Made by a program: the position numbers and the translations under genes. Below, piece by piece: positions 34,515 to 41,853 of a stretch of 58,036 nt of DNA; positions within the stretch are counted from its first letter, which is position 1; the number at the start of each line of letters is the position of its first letter. The DNA is taken from assembly GCA_019638075.1 (NCBI GenBank), contig JAHBUM010000001.1, positions 1-58,036 on the forward strand. Direction: 5' to 3'. The notes below the pieces were generated by a model. The model ran no database searches. It was not told where the DNA came from and saw only the letters and a list, made by a program, of their open reading frames with translations. The stretch is from Flavobacteriales bacterium (GTDB lineage: Bacteria; Bacteroidota; Bacteroidia; Flavobacteriales_F; PHOS-HE28).

Positions 34515-36506
34515 ATGCGATCGGCTCTTTCCGTACTCCTTTCCGCTTGCATTCTCCCTGTCGCATTTGCACAGTATGCTCCGCAACGGCTCGACTCGGT
34601 CCTGCGCGAACTGGACCGCCCACAGCATGATACGGCCCGCATCGAGCTTCTCATCCTTGCGTCGGAATCGTGGTTCACATCACCCAAGGCCTATCCCTAT
34701 CTGGAAGAGCTTGCGCAGGTAAGCGAACGGCTGGCACAAAGCCCCGACACCACCTTCCGCGAACGAGCGCTGCACGGATCCGCGTACCACGGTTACTTCA
34801 TCGGTTACCACGCCAAGTTCGAACGCAACGTGCCGCTCGGGCTGCATTCGTTCAGGCAGGCGCTGGCGCATTTCACCGCTTTGCGGGATACCGCCATGCT
34901 CGCCGAGTGCCACGATGCCCTCGGTGTGCTGCTCCAGGCAGCAGGCGACCCCGCGCAGGCGCAGGCCCAGTTCAGGCGCGAACTCCTTCTGGCCCGCGCA
35001 CGGGGAAACACGCGGCAGACGATCCAGGCCTTGGTGCATCTGGCGGCCTGTGAGCGCGACCTCGGCCGTATCGCATCGGCACATGCATTGTTGGACAGTT
35101 GCCCACCCGGAAGCCCTGCGGATCGGTCACTGGCCCTGCTCGAACGCGCCCGGACGTTCCTTGAGGAACACGATACTACCATGGCCTTGCAGGTGTTGGA
35201 GCAAAGCCTCGGGGCCGCCGCAGCTTCCGACAACGAATGGGACAAACTGCCCGTGTTGACGGTGCGCAGCCGGGTCTTCCTGCAACGGGGCCGCACGCAC
35301 GAGGCGTTGGAGGATGCCACCCGATGCGCGGAACTGGCCGGTAGGATGAACGATCGTACGGCCCAATGCGGCTGCATTGTGTTGCAGGCATACGCACGAA
35401 GGGACATGGCCGAGCCCGAAAAGGCGGATGCCCTGCTGGCTGCGGCGCAGGAACTGGCCATCGGATCGCGCAATGTGGGTTCTGCGCGCGAGGCCGGCGA
35501 TGAAGGCTCGCAACTCGCCATCGCGGACCTGTGGCGCCGTGTGCTGGCGGACATGGGACGTGAACGGGATGCCCGCATGATGACCGAGCGTTGGGCTCTG
35601 TTGAAGGATAGTGTGGCCGGCATGGACGGCCGCGATGAGATCCTCGCGTTCGAGTTCCGCACACAGGCACTGCGCGACAGCATGCACTATGCACAGCGCA
35701 TGCACGAGGCATCGCTGGCGCACGAGCGCGACCTCTCCCGCGAGCGCGGCCGCAGGTACCTGTTCATCGGGCTGGCCTCGATGGCCCTGTTGACCGGCTC
35801 CTTGCTCTGGGCCCGCGTCCGCACGGTACGCCGGGCCAACAAAGCCATCCTTGAGGCCCAGGACAAGTTCGTGGAAAGCGAGCGAGCGCGTGAAGCGGGC
35901 GAAGTGCGCACCCGCATCGCCCGCGACATCCACGACGACATCGGCAGCGGCCTCACCAAGATCGCCATGCTCGGCAGCGAGGCCCGGCAGCACATGCAGG
36001 AGCATTCCGAAGAACTGCGCACCACGCTGGAACGCATCATCGGGCACAGCCGCGAGGTGAACGCCGCCCTCAGCGACATCGTATGGAGCGTAGATCCCAC
36101 GCACGACACCAGTGAGGAACTGGTGCATCATGCCCGCAACGTGGCGCAACGCCTGCTGGAAGGCAGCGGCGTGGCGCATGAACTGCGCTTCGATCATACC
36201 GGCCCATCGCACCCCGTTGCGCCCGGCACCAAACATCACGTGGTGATGGTGATGAAGGAGGCCATCAACAATGCGTTGAAGTATGCGGATGCAAAGCATA
36301 TCAACGTCCATCTGGAAGCCGGGGCGCACCGCGTGAAACTGGTGGTGGCCGATGATGGCAAAGGCTTTGATCCCGGGGCCATGGCTCGTGCGGGTAACGG
36401 CCTGCGCAACATGCGGGCGCGGGCGGAAACCATCGGGGCCGATCTGCGGATGGAAAGTGCCGAGGGAAAGGGATGCGCGATCACGCTGGCGGGGAAGCTG
36501 GCGTAG
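34515..36506 (+). CDS. TPR-repeat sensor histidine kinase, paralog 2
   Basis: ATG 34515 (MRSALSVLLSACILPVAFAQ signal) chosen over ORF-track start 34395. Same architecture as paralog 1. The DHp/CA region is nearly identical at protein level. Confidence 0.88.
   Translation: MRSALSVLLSACILPVAFAQYAPQRLDSVLRELDRPQHDTARIELLILASESWFTSPKAYPYLEELAQVSERLAQSPDTTFRERALHGSAYHGYFIGYHAKFERNVPLGLHSFRQALAHFTALRDTAMLAECHDALGVLLQAAGDPAQAQAQFRRELLLARARGNTRQTIQALVHLAACERDLGRIASAHALLDSCPPGSPADRSLALLERARTFLEEHDTTMALQVLEQSLGAAAASDNEWDKLPVLTVRSRVFLQRGRTHEALEDATRCAELAGRMNDRTAQCGCIVLQAYARRDMAEPEKADALLAAAQELAIGSRNVGSAREAGDEGSQLAIADLWRRVLADMGRERDARMMTERWALLKDSVAGMDGRDEILAFEFRTQALRDSMHYAQRMHEASLAHERDLSRERGRRYLFIGLASMALLTGSLLWARVRTVRRANKAILEAQDKFVESERAREAGEVRTRIARDIHDDIGSGLTKIAMLGSEARQHMQEHSEELRTTLERIIGHSREVNAALSDIVWSVDPTHDTSEELVHHARNVAQRLLEGSGVAHELRFDHTGPSHPVAPGTKHHVVMVMKEAINNALKYADAKHINVHLEAGAHRVKLVVADDGKGFDPGAMARAGNGLRNMRARAETIGADLRMESAEGKGCAITLAGKLA
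35904..36506 (+). repeat. duplicated kinase-core segment, copy 2
   Basis: See copy 1. Confidence 0.85.
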
Positions 36507-36509
36507 GGG

Positions 36510-36599
36510 GAGAAGTAAGCGAGTGGCGAGTAGGCGAGTACCGCAACATCCACCATGCGGCACCCGCCACTCTTCTACCCGCCACTCATTTACTTCTTC
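36510..36599 (+). terminator. long imperfect hairpin (GAGTGGC/GAGTAGG-word arms) between kinase 2 and the response regulator
   Basis: gaagtaa (36512-36518) pairs with ttacttc (36590-36596). gagtggcg (36521-36528) pairs with cgccactc (36580-36587), plus inner gtag/ctac and gagt/actc. Shares gagtggcgagtag with the atpA-atpG hairpin. Confidence 0.5.
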
Positions 36600-36614
36600 A
36601 CTACATTAGCGGAC

Positions 36615-37256
36615 ATGTCCGCCAGCCCCATCCGTGTCGCCATCGTGGAGGACGATAGCGAGATCCGGCAATTGCTGCGCAATATGCTGTTGCGGGCCGA
36701 TGGCTTCCGCGTGGTAGGCTCTTATCCCGATGCGGACACCTACCTCGCCGATCTGGAGCGCATCGCGCCGGAAGTGGTGCTGATGGATATCGGACTGCCG
36801 GGCATGAACGGGATCGAGTGCGTGCGCAAGGCCAAGCCCCGATCCGAGGCCACGCAATACCTGATGAGCACCGTGTTCGAGAGCCCGGCCTACATCCACC
36901 AAGCGTTGTGCGCGGGCGCCACCGGTTACCTGATCAAGAGCGCCGAGCCGGACGAGATCATCGCCGCAGTGCGCGACATCCACGCCGGTGGCTCGCCCAT
37001 GTCGCCGCCTATCGCGCGGCTGGTGGTGGCCAGTTTCCAGCAGCAGATCAAGCAGGACATTCAGGATCACCTGCTCAGCGAGCGTGAGAAGAGCGTGCTG
37101 GATCAGCTTGCCAACGGGCTCTCGTACAAAGAGATCGCCGCCAAGGCAGGGATCAGCACCGAAACGGTGCGCAAGCACGTGCGCAACATCTACGGCAAGC
37201 TACAGGTGAGCTGTAGGCACGAAGCGGTGCGCAAGGTGTATCCTGGAAGGAAGTGA
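36615..37256 (+). CDS. NarL/LuxR-family response regulator
   Basis: PIRVAIVEDDSEIRQLL...VVLMDIGLPGMNGIE receiver domain, then a C-terminal LSEREKSVLDQLANGLSYKEIAAKAGISTETVRKHVRNIYGKLQV HTH. ATG 36615 chosen over ORF-track start 36555. Confidence 0.92.
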   Translation: MSASPIRVAIVEDDSEIRQLLRNMLLRADGFRVVGSYPDADTYLADLERIAPEVVLMDIGLPGMNGIECVRKAKPRSEATQYLMSTVFESPAYIHQALCAGATGYLIKSAEPDEIIAAVRDIHAGGSPMSPPIARLVVASFQQQIKQDIQDHLLSEREKSVLDQLANGLSYKEIAAKAGISTETVRKHVRNIYGKLQVSCRHEAVRKVYPGRK

Positions 37257-37481
37257 TGCGCCGTAAGCCCGCCGAGGCGGGGTACAAGACACACTACTAA
37301 AGGGGTAGTGCCCGTCAAGTCGTCCTTTTGCATCAGCAGGATGCCCCCAACGCCCCTCTGATGCCGACATGAGCGCACACACGCTCCTTCCCGCGCCTGC
37401 GCCAGCAGGCCAGTGAAGTGGCCGCAGGTCGCGACCGGGCCGGTGGCGTGGTTCCGCTTGCTCGCGGTCGGAGAACCCCGC

Positions 37482-37844
37482 TTAGGGGGTCATCATCTTC
37501 ACCATGTTGGCCGCCTTCATGGCCTCCGTCTGGTTGTATTCCGAAGCCATCTTGTTGGCGTTCACCGCATCGATGATCGTGCCGATGCCGCAGAAGCCCC
37601 ATGTAAGGAGGTAGGCGACCCCCATGCCGGTCTGTCCAACGATGAACCGCTGGATGCCCGCGATGCCCAACAGGCCCACCAAGGACAGAAGCAGCAGGGT
37701 CTGCCCATCCTTCCGGCTGCCCGAGTACATGGCGATGAATTGGCGCACCTGGTTCTCGTTCATCCCCGCCGTTGCGCTCTGAATGACCATCAATTCATCG
37801 GGTTTCAAGCCCGGAAGCATCATCATCAACTGTTGCTGATCCAT
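37482..37844 (-). CDS. TM2 domain-containing membrane protein
   Basis: 120 aa. ...LLSLVGLLGIAGIQRFIVGQTGMGVAYLLTWGFCGIGTIIDAVN is the TM2 pattern. Confidence 0.75.
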   Translation of the reverse strand: MDQQQLMMMLPGLKPDELMVIQSATAGMNENQVRQFIAMYSGSRKDGQTLLLLSLVGLLGIAGIQRFIVGQTGMGVAYLLTWGFCGIGTIIDAVNANKMASEYNQTEAMKAANMVKMMTP

Positions 37845-38143
37845 GTGGTTCGTTGTTTGGTTCGTGGTCTGCTTAGCTCGTAGACCCTGTACAGCAGGAT
37901 CAGGAGGATCGGGATGCCCAGTGGATGGTGTTCCATCGAGGCGCTGAATTCGAGGTGCATCGCATCGTGCAGGGCATGCCCTATGCCACAGCCCCAGCAG
38001 GAGGTGAGGCCCATCCAGTGGAAGAGGCAGAGCGTGGGGCCTTCATCGCCGTGGCCGAAGAAGAGAACGAGCAATCCGACGCTCCATGCCATCCGTTCGG
38101 AGGTCGCATACCCGATCAGCTTTTTCAGCTTCTGCCAACTCAT
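37826..38143 (-). CDS. DUF2752 domain-containing membrane protein
   Basis: 105 aa from ATG 38143. ...CLFHWMGLTSCWGCGIGHALHDAM (C..F....G..C.GCG..HA) is the DUF2752 signature. 19-nt overlap with the TM2 gene. Confidence 0.7.
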   Translation of the reverse strand: MSWQKLKKLIGYATSERMAWSVGLLVLFFGHGDEGPTLCLFHWMGLTSCWGCGIGHALHDAMHLEFSASMEHHPLGIPILLILLYRVYELSRPRTKQRTTWISNS

Positions 38144-38166
38144 CACGATCGTGATGAGTTGGCAGA
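38131..38166. promoter_or_regulatory. perfect 36-bp palindrome spanning the DUF2752 start codon
   Basis: tctgccaactcatcacgatcgtgatgagttggcaga equals its own reverse complement, verified base by base. Confidence 0.6.
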
Positions 38167-38229
38167 TATTCGGAACGGCCAGATCCGCAGGGGGGCAGTT
38201 CTTCTTCTTCCGCTTCGGCCCGGCGTCAA

Positions 38230-38493
38230 TCAATGATGCCGACAGGAAAGGACCGTTACACGGTAGTCCTCTTTGCTCCCGCTCACGGCGTAGACCAAGC
38301 GGTGCTCCATGTCTATCCTCCTCGACCAGTAACCGGCCAGTTGATGACGCAGGGGTTCCAGCTTGCCAAGCCCTTTGAACGGGCCCCACTTTATATCGGC
38401 GATAAGCTCCCGGATCCTGTTGGCCTTGGTCAGGTCGGCATCCAACCAAAAGCAGAAGTCAGACCATGCGGGTGCGCTGAACTGGACCCGCAT
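38230..38493 (-). CDS. yoeB: type II toxin, Txe/YoeB family
   Basis: 87 aa from ATG 38493. MRVQFSAPAWSDFCFW...IKWGPFKGLGKLEPLRHQLAGYWSRRIDMEHRLVY...VLSCRHH matches the YoeB pattern (..A..D..YW.....I..LI.D......G.GKPE.L...L.G.WSRRI...HRLVY...C..HY). Confidence 0.88.
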   Translation of the reverse strand: MRVQFSAPAWSDFCFWLDADLTKANRIRELIADIKWGPFKGLGKLEPLRHQLAGYWSRRIDMEHRLVYAVSGSKEDYRVTVLSCRHH

Positions 38494-38503
38494 GATGCCT
38501 CTG

Positions 38504-38726
38504 TCACGGAGCCTCGTTGAACTCGTCCGGCGTGACCACATCGCCACGCTTCATTTCGGCGATGAACACTCCAGCAGTTCGCGGTTCTTCTTCTTGGCGG
38601 CAGGATCACCACGGAGTCGTTCTCATCGGCGCTGCGCGACACCACGATCACCTCGAACGACTTGGTCACGCGGTCGAGATAGCTCTTCAACTTGTCGCGC
38701 AGCGTGGTGACGGGTATAGCGATCAT
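38504..38726 (-). pseudogene. Phd/YefM-family antitoxin interrupted by a +1 frameshift at an (AAG)n run
   Basis: ATG 38726 gives MIAIPVTTLRDKLKSYLDRVTKSFEVIVVSRSADENDSVVILP, a YefM-like N-terminus. The protein-like C-terminus ...FIAEMKRGDVVTPDEFNEAP* ends at 38504, 10 nt before the yoeB ATG, but is in another frame. The span is 223 nt, not a multiple of 3. The switch lies near 38585-38600. Confidence 0.6.
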
Positions 38727-38775
38727 GTCGGTTAGTTGTGCGTACAAACGTGCGACATTCCGGCCTTCTGGGCCA

Positions 38776-39108
38776 TCAGTCCTTCCGGCGCTTCTTCTTC
38801 GCCTTCGGTAACGGCAGCACTTCCCCCATCCGCAGCAGGACCCCCGCCAGCTTGCGCTCACCAACGATCACATCCTCCGGCACGAGGTAGTAGTCCTTCG
38901 AGCCAGGATAGGGATGGCCTCGCTCGCAATGGTCCAACGCGGCGCTCTCGGGCATGATCTTCACGAATAGCTGGTCGTCGCAGATGAAGGCCACGGGCTT
39001 GCCATTGGCGTACAGGGCGAACTCGCCGAACATGGGCTTCACGCTGAAGCGGTCGGGGTGGCCCAATTGTTCGAGGATGAAGGCGGCGGTGTCCTTGCGG
39101 GTAGCCAT
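38776..39108 (-). CDS. TfoX/Sxy N-terminal-domain family protein
   Basis: 110 aa from ATG 39108. ...FILEQLGHPDRFSVKPMFGEFALYANGKPVAFICDDQLFVK is the TfoX_N pattern. The start overlaps the mce stop (TGATG). Confidence 0.7.
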   Translation of the reverse strand: MATRKDTAAFILEQLGHPDRFSVKPMFGEFALYANGKPVAFICDDQLFVKIMPESAALDHCERGHPYPGSKDYYLVPEDVIVGERKLAGVLLRMGEVLPLPKAKKKRRKD

Positions 39109-39512
39109 CACTTCACGATCTCCTGACACAGTTCCACCAGCACACCGCCCGCGCTCTTCGGGTGTACGAAGCACACGAGCTTGTTATCGGCGCCGCGTTT
39201 GGGCTCCTCGTTCAGCAGGGTGAAGCCTTCTGCTTTCAGGCGGGCCATTTCCGCGCGGATGTCTGCCACCTCATAGGCGATGTGGTGGATGCCCTCGCCA
39301 CGCTTCTCTATGGCCTTGGCGATGGGTCCATCGGGGCGGGTGCTTTCCAGCAGTTCGATCTTGTTCGGCCCCACTTGGAAGAACGAGGTGATGACGCCTT
39401 CGCTCTCCACGGCTTCGCGCTTGTAGCTGGCGGCACCCAGCAGCTTGTGGTACAGTTCCTCGGCGGCGCTGAGGTCCTTCACGGCGATGCCGATGTGTTC
39501 GATGCGGATCAT
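39108..39512 (-). CDS. mce: methylmalonyl-CoA epimerase (VOC family)
   Basis: 134 aa. IEHIGIAVKDL..A...Y...LG...........EGV...F......KIELLE......PIAKAIEKRGEGIHHIAYEV.DI......LK..G...L...P..GA.....CFVHPKS..GVLVEL. Confidence 0.88.
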   Translation of the reverse strand: MIRIEHIGIAVKDLSAAEELYHKLLGAASYKREAVESEGVITSFFQVGPNKIELLESTRPDGPIAKAIEKRGEGIHHIAYEVADIRAEMARLKAEGFTLLNEEPKRGADNKLVCFVHPKSAGGVLVELCQEIVK

Positions 39513-39525
39513 GGGTGGAGGGGGC

Positions 39526-39600
39526 GTCAGTTGTCAGTTGTTGGTTGTCAGGCTGTGGGAGTGTGCTGGTCGGCAGCCTGACAACTGACGACCAACAACC
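39526..39600 (-). terminator. long hairpin (about 26 bp, GTCAGTT/GTTGGTT-word arms) between a canonical terminator and the mce start
   Basis: 39530-39555 pairs with 39574-39599. By hand, 21 Watson-Crick pairs, 3 G-U and 2 mismatches. 18-nt loop. Confidence 0.5.
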
Positions 39601-39606
39601 ACCTCC

Positions 39607-39631
39607 AAAGAAAAACCCTCCGGCAGGAGGG
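39607..39631 (-). terminator. canonical intrinsic terminator of the 39656-40441 gene
   Basis: Minus strand reads CCCTCC-tgcc-GGAGGG followed by TTTTTCTTT, 25 nt after the stop codon. Confidence 0.7.
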
Positions 39632-39655
39632 TCTTCCAACGCGTTTTTGATCCCC

Positions 39656-40441
39656 TCAACGCTTGATGAACGTCTCGCCCGTCTTGTTGTCGTAGTTGAG
39701 GTAGTAGAGGTCCTTCTTCAGGGTGGCCACCTCCACGCGATCGGCGTAGCCGCGCTTCACGATGTTGCCGTACTGGTCGTAGATCTCGAACAGGGTGGTG
39801 CCGCTGAAAACGATCTCGTCCTTCGGCTTGGGCGGGCTCCATGTGATGGGCACCACGGTGGATCCATAGGTGACGGCTTCGCTGTACCGCGCGCGCTTGC
39901 TGAGGTCCATCTGCTTGACGCGGAACATGTTCTCGCCACTGTGGGGCGTGATCTTGAACTCGTAGCTGTGCTCGCCGGGCTTGCCGATGCCCATCACCTC
40001 ACCGGCCTTCACCCACTTGTTCCAGCGTTTCTGCTCCACGATGAAGGGCAGCTCGCCGGTCTCGTTGGTGGTGGTCCACGTGTAGGTGCCGTCGGTGCCG
40101 ATGGACTGCTTCACGATGTCGAAGGTGCTCTTGGGCTTCAGCACTTCGGGGTTGAGCACCACGGGCGTGCAACCATCCTTGTGCTTCACCTTCACCACCA
40201 CCTTGTCGCCCACGTTGAGGCCGAAGTTGTTCATGTCCACCTCGAAGGCGCTGCTGTTGATCTCGTCGGTGGCGATCTGGTCGTTCACCGTGACCTCGAA
40301 CACACAGAAGCCGACCCCGGCCTCGGAGAAGGGGTTCTGGATGAAGAGGTTCTTGCCTTGGTAATTGCCATCAAGCACGATCACGCCAGCGGAGGCGGGA
40401 ATGCTCAAGGCAGCAGCGAAGAAAAGGGGGATGGCACGCAT
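39656..40441 (-). CDS. hypothetical secreted protein
   Basis: ATG 40441 (MRAIPLFFAAALSIPASAG signal); the ORF-track start is 40465. Beta-rich, Lys-rich. Visibly lower GC than its neighbours. No family recognised. Confidence 0.55.
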   Translation of the reverse strand: MRAIPLFFAAALSIPASAGVIVLDGNYQGKNLFIQNPFSEAGVGFCVFEVTVNDQIATDEINSSAFEVDMNNFGLNVGDKVVVKVKHKDGCTPVVLNPEVLKPKSTFDIVKQSIGTDGTYTWTTTNETGELPFIVEQKRWNKWVKAGEVMGIGKPGEHSYEFKITPHSGENMFRVKQMDLSKRARYSEAVTYGSTVVPITWSPPKPKDEIVFSGTTLFEIYDQYGNIVKRGYADRVEVATLKKDLYYLNYDNKTGETFIKR

Positions 40442-40567
40442 GGCGGTAGTCCGGTGAAGCTGCAAGGATAACCGATCCGGACCGGGTTTCCAAGGGCTTT
40501 TCGACGCCGTGTGTACGGGGGATCGACCGATCGGTTACAGCGGGTCTCCGGGAAGCCCCGCCCCGGC

Positions 40568-41170
40568 TCAGTCGTGGTGCCTGAGCACCCCCGCCCGCAC
40601 GGCCACTTCCAAGTGGTTCTCCGGTGGCGGAATGGGGCAGGAATAGCGCCCGCCGTAAGCGCAATACGGGTTGTAGGCCCGGTTGAAATCCAGTTCCACC
40701 GCATCGCCCAAGGGGCCTTCCAGATCGAGGTAACGCCCTCCGCCATAGGTGGTTTCGCCGTTGGTGAGGTCGGTGAAGGGCACGAAGAGGTAGTTGCGGT
40801 AATCGTCCAACCGGCTGAGGTCGATGTTCCGGTACACGGTGAGCTGCTGCTCCGTTCCATCCAGCGTGAAATGCAGGAGGCCCACGCTCTGGTACTTCGG
40901 CTCGCGCTCGGTGCTGGTCTTCATGCCGAAGACCTCCCCGGTGCGTGGCTCGAAGCGGGCTGTGACCAGAAAGCTCCGGTCGGCGACGAAGCGGGGCAAT
41001 GCGGTGAAGCCCTCCCGGTCCTCCTTCGGCAGGGGCGAATGCAGGGTGTCGCGATAGGCCGAGTCGATCGCCGCCCAGTACCGGTCCAGCCCGGCCAGCC
41101 ATTCCTTGTCGCTTTGGGCTGCCAGTGTGTGGCCGGCCACCGCCAACAGCACGGCCATCAACAGCCTCAT
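40568..41170 (-). CDS. DUF1684 domain-containing protein
   Basis: 200 aa. ...VPFTDLTNGETTYGGGRYLDLE...ELDFNRAYNPYCAYGGRYSCPIPPPENHL is the DUF1684 signature. Confidence 0.8.
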   Translation of the reverse strand: MRLLMAVLLAVAGHTLAAQSDKEWLAGLDRYWAAIDSAYRDTLHSPLPKEDREGFTALPRFVADRSFLVTARFEPRTGEVFGMKTSTEREPKYQSVGLLHFTLDGTEQQLTVYRNIDLSRLDDYRNYLFVPFTDLTNGETTYGGGRYLDLEGPLGDAVELDFNRAYNPYCAYGGRYSCPIPPPENHLEVAVRAGVLRHHD

Positions 41171-41691
41171 GCCGCCGGTCTCACCTTGATGGAACCCGCC
41201 ATGCGCTTCACATCGGCCTCGTTGAAGCGCCGTTGCTCCACATCGGTGATCACGAAAGTGCGATCGCCCGCCTGCACAGCGCGGTAGAAGTGGATGTAGG
41301 TGCCAGCATCATCGGGGAACTCCGAGCGGTACACGAGCTTTTCGGGAGTCTCTTCGATCACCGTGTGCTTGCGCAGCATGTCGCGGTCCAAGTCGGCTTT
41401 CAGGCGGGCAAGGTCGGCGGGCTCTTCGGTGATGAGCAGGCCGAAATGCTCACCGGCGCTCACCTCCAAGTGGCCGAACTCCTCGTTCCATTTCACCGTG
41501 GCCGAATCCACGCCGAGGGTGGCCATATCGCCCAGTTCCACCAGCAGGGGCGTGTCGTAGGTCGCGAGGTCGAGCACGGCGGGCGCGATGGCGGTCTCGG
41601 TGCTGTCCACCACTTCGCCTTCGGGCGTGCCGTTGTTGCTTCCGCAGGCGGAGAAGCACAGGAGCAAGGCGATCGGGATGAGGGGTTTCAT
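41167..41691 (-). CDS. hypothetical lipoprotein
   Basis: ATG 41691 (MKPLIPIALLLCFSACGSNNG lipobox) chosen over ORF-track start 41769, which lies inside a hairpin. 4-nt overlap with the DUF1684 gene. Confidence 0.6.
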   Translation of the reverse strand: MKPLIPIALLLCFSACGSNNGTPEGEVVDSTETAIAPAVLDLATYDTPLLVELGDMATLGVDSATVKWNEEFGHLEVSAGEHFGLLITEEPADLARLKADLDRDMLRKHTVIEETPEKLVYRSEFPDDAGTYIHFYRAVQAGDRTFVITDVEQRRFNEADVKRMAGSIKVRPAA

Positions 41692-41757
41692 GGGGCGAAA
41701 GTTAGGCGGGGGATCGGTTGTCGGGCTCCTTGGCGGCAGAGCGGAGAAGCCACAAGT

Positions 41758-41843
41758 TTCAAGGCTCAAGCTTCAAGCTCAAAACGGCAAGCCCGACCGG
41801 TGATGCTTGTGCCTTTGAGCTTGAGCCTTGAAGCTTTGAGCTT
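41758..41843 (-). terminator. long imperfect hairpin (CAAGCTN-word arms) directly after the alpha-2-macroglobulin stop
   Basis: 41758-41792 pairs with 41805-41840. About 30 pairs with a few bulges, traced by hand. Confidence 0.5.
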
Positions 41844-41853
41844 CCTTCCTTTC

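Noticed and set aside
37257-37481. 225-bp convergent spacer checked for a tRNA, sRNA or small gene
   Set aside because: No tRNA-like T-loop or acceptor pairing and no convincing long stem. The small ORFs here (62 and 60 aa) have Arg/Cys/His-rich composition. It is left unannotated.
38430-38864. 144-aa minus-strand ORF as an intact antitoxin gene
   Set aside because: Only residues 47-89 look like YefM. The upstream part is Arg/Cys/Trp-rich spacer translation, and the tail overlaps yoeB with non-protein-like composition. It is better explained as a frameshifted antitoxin starting at 38726.
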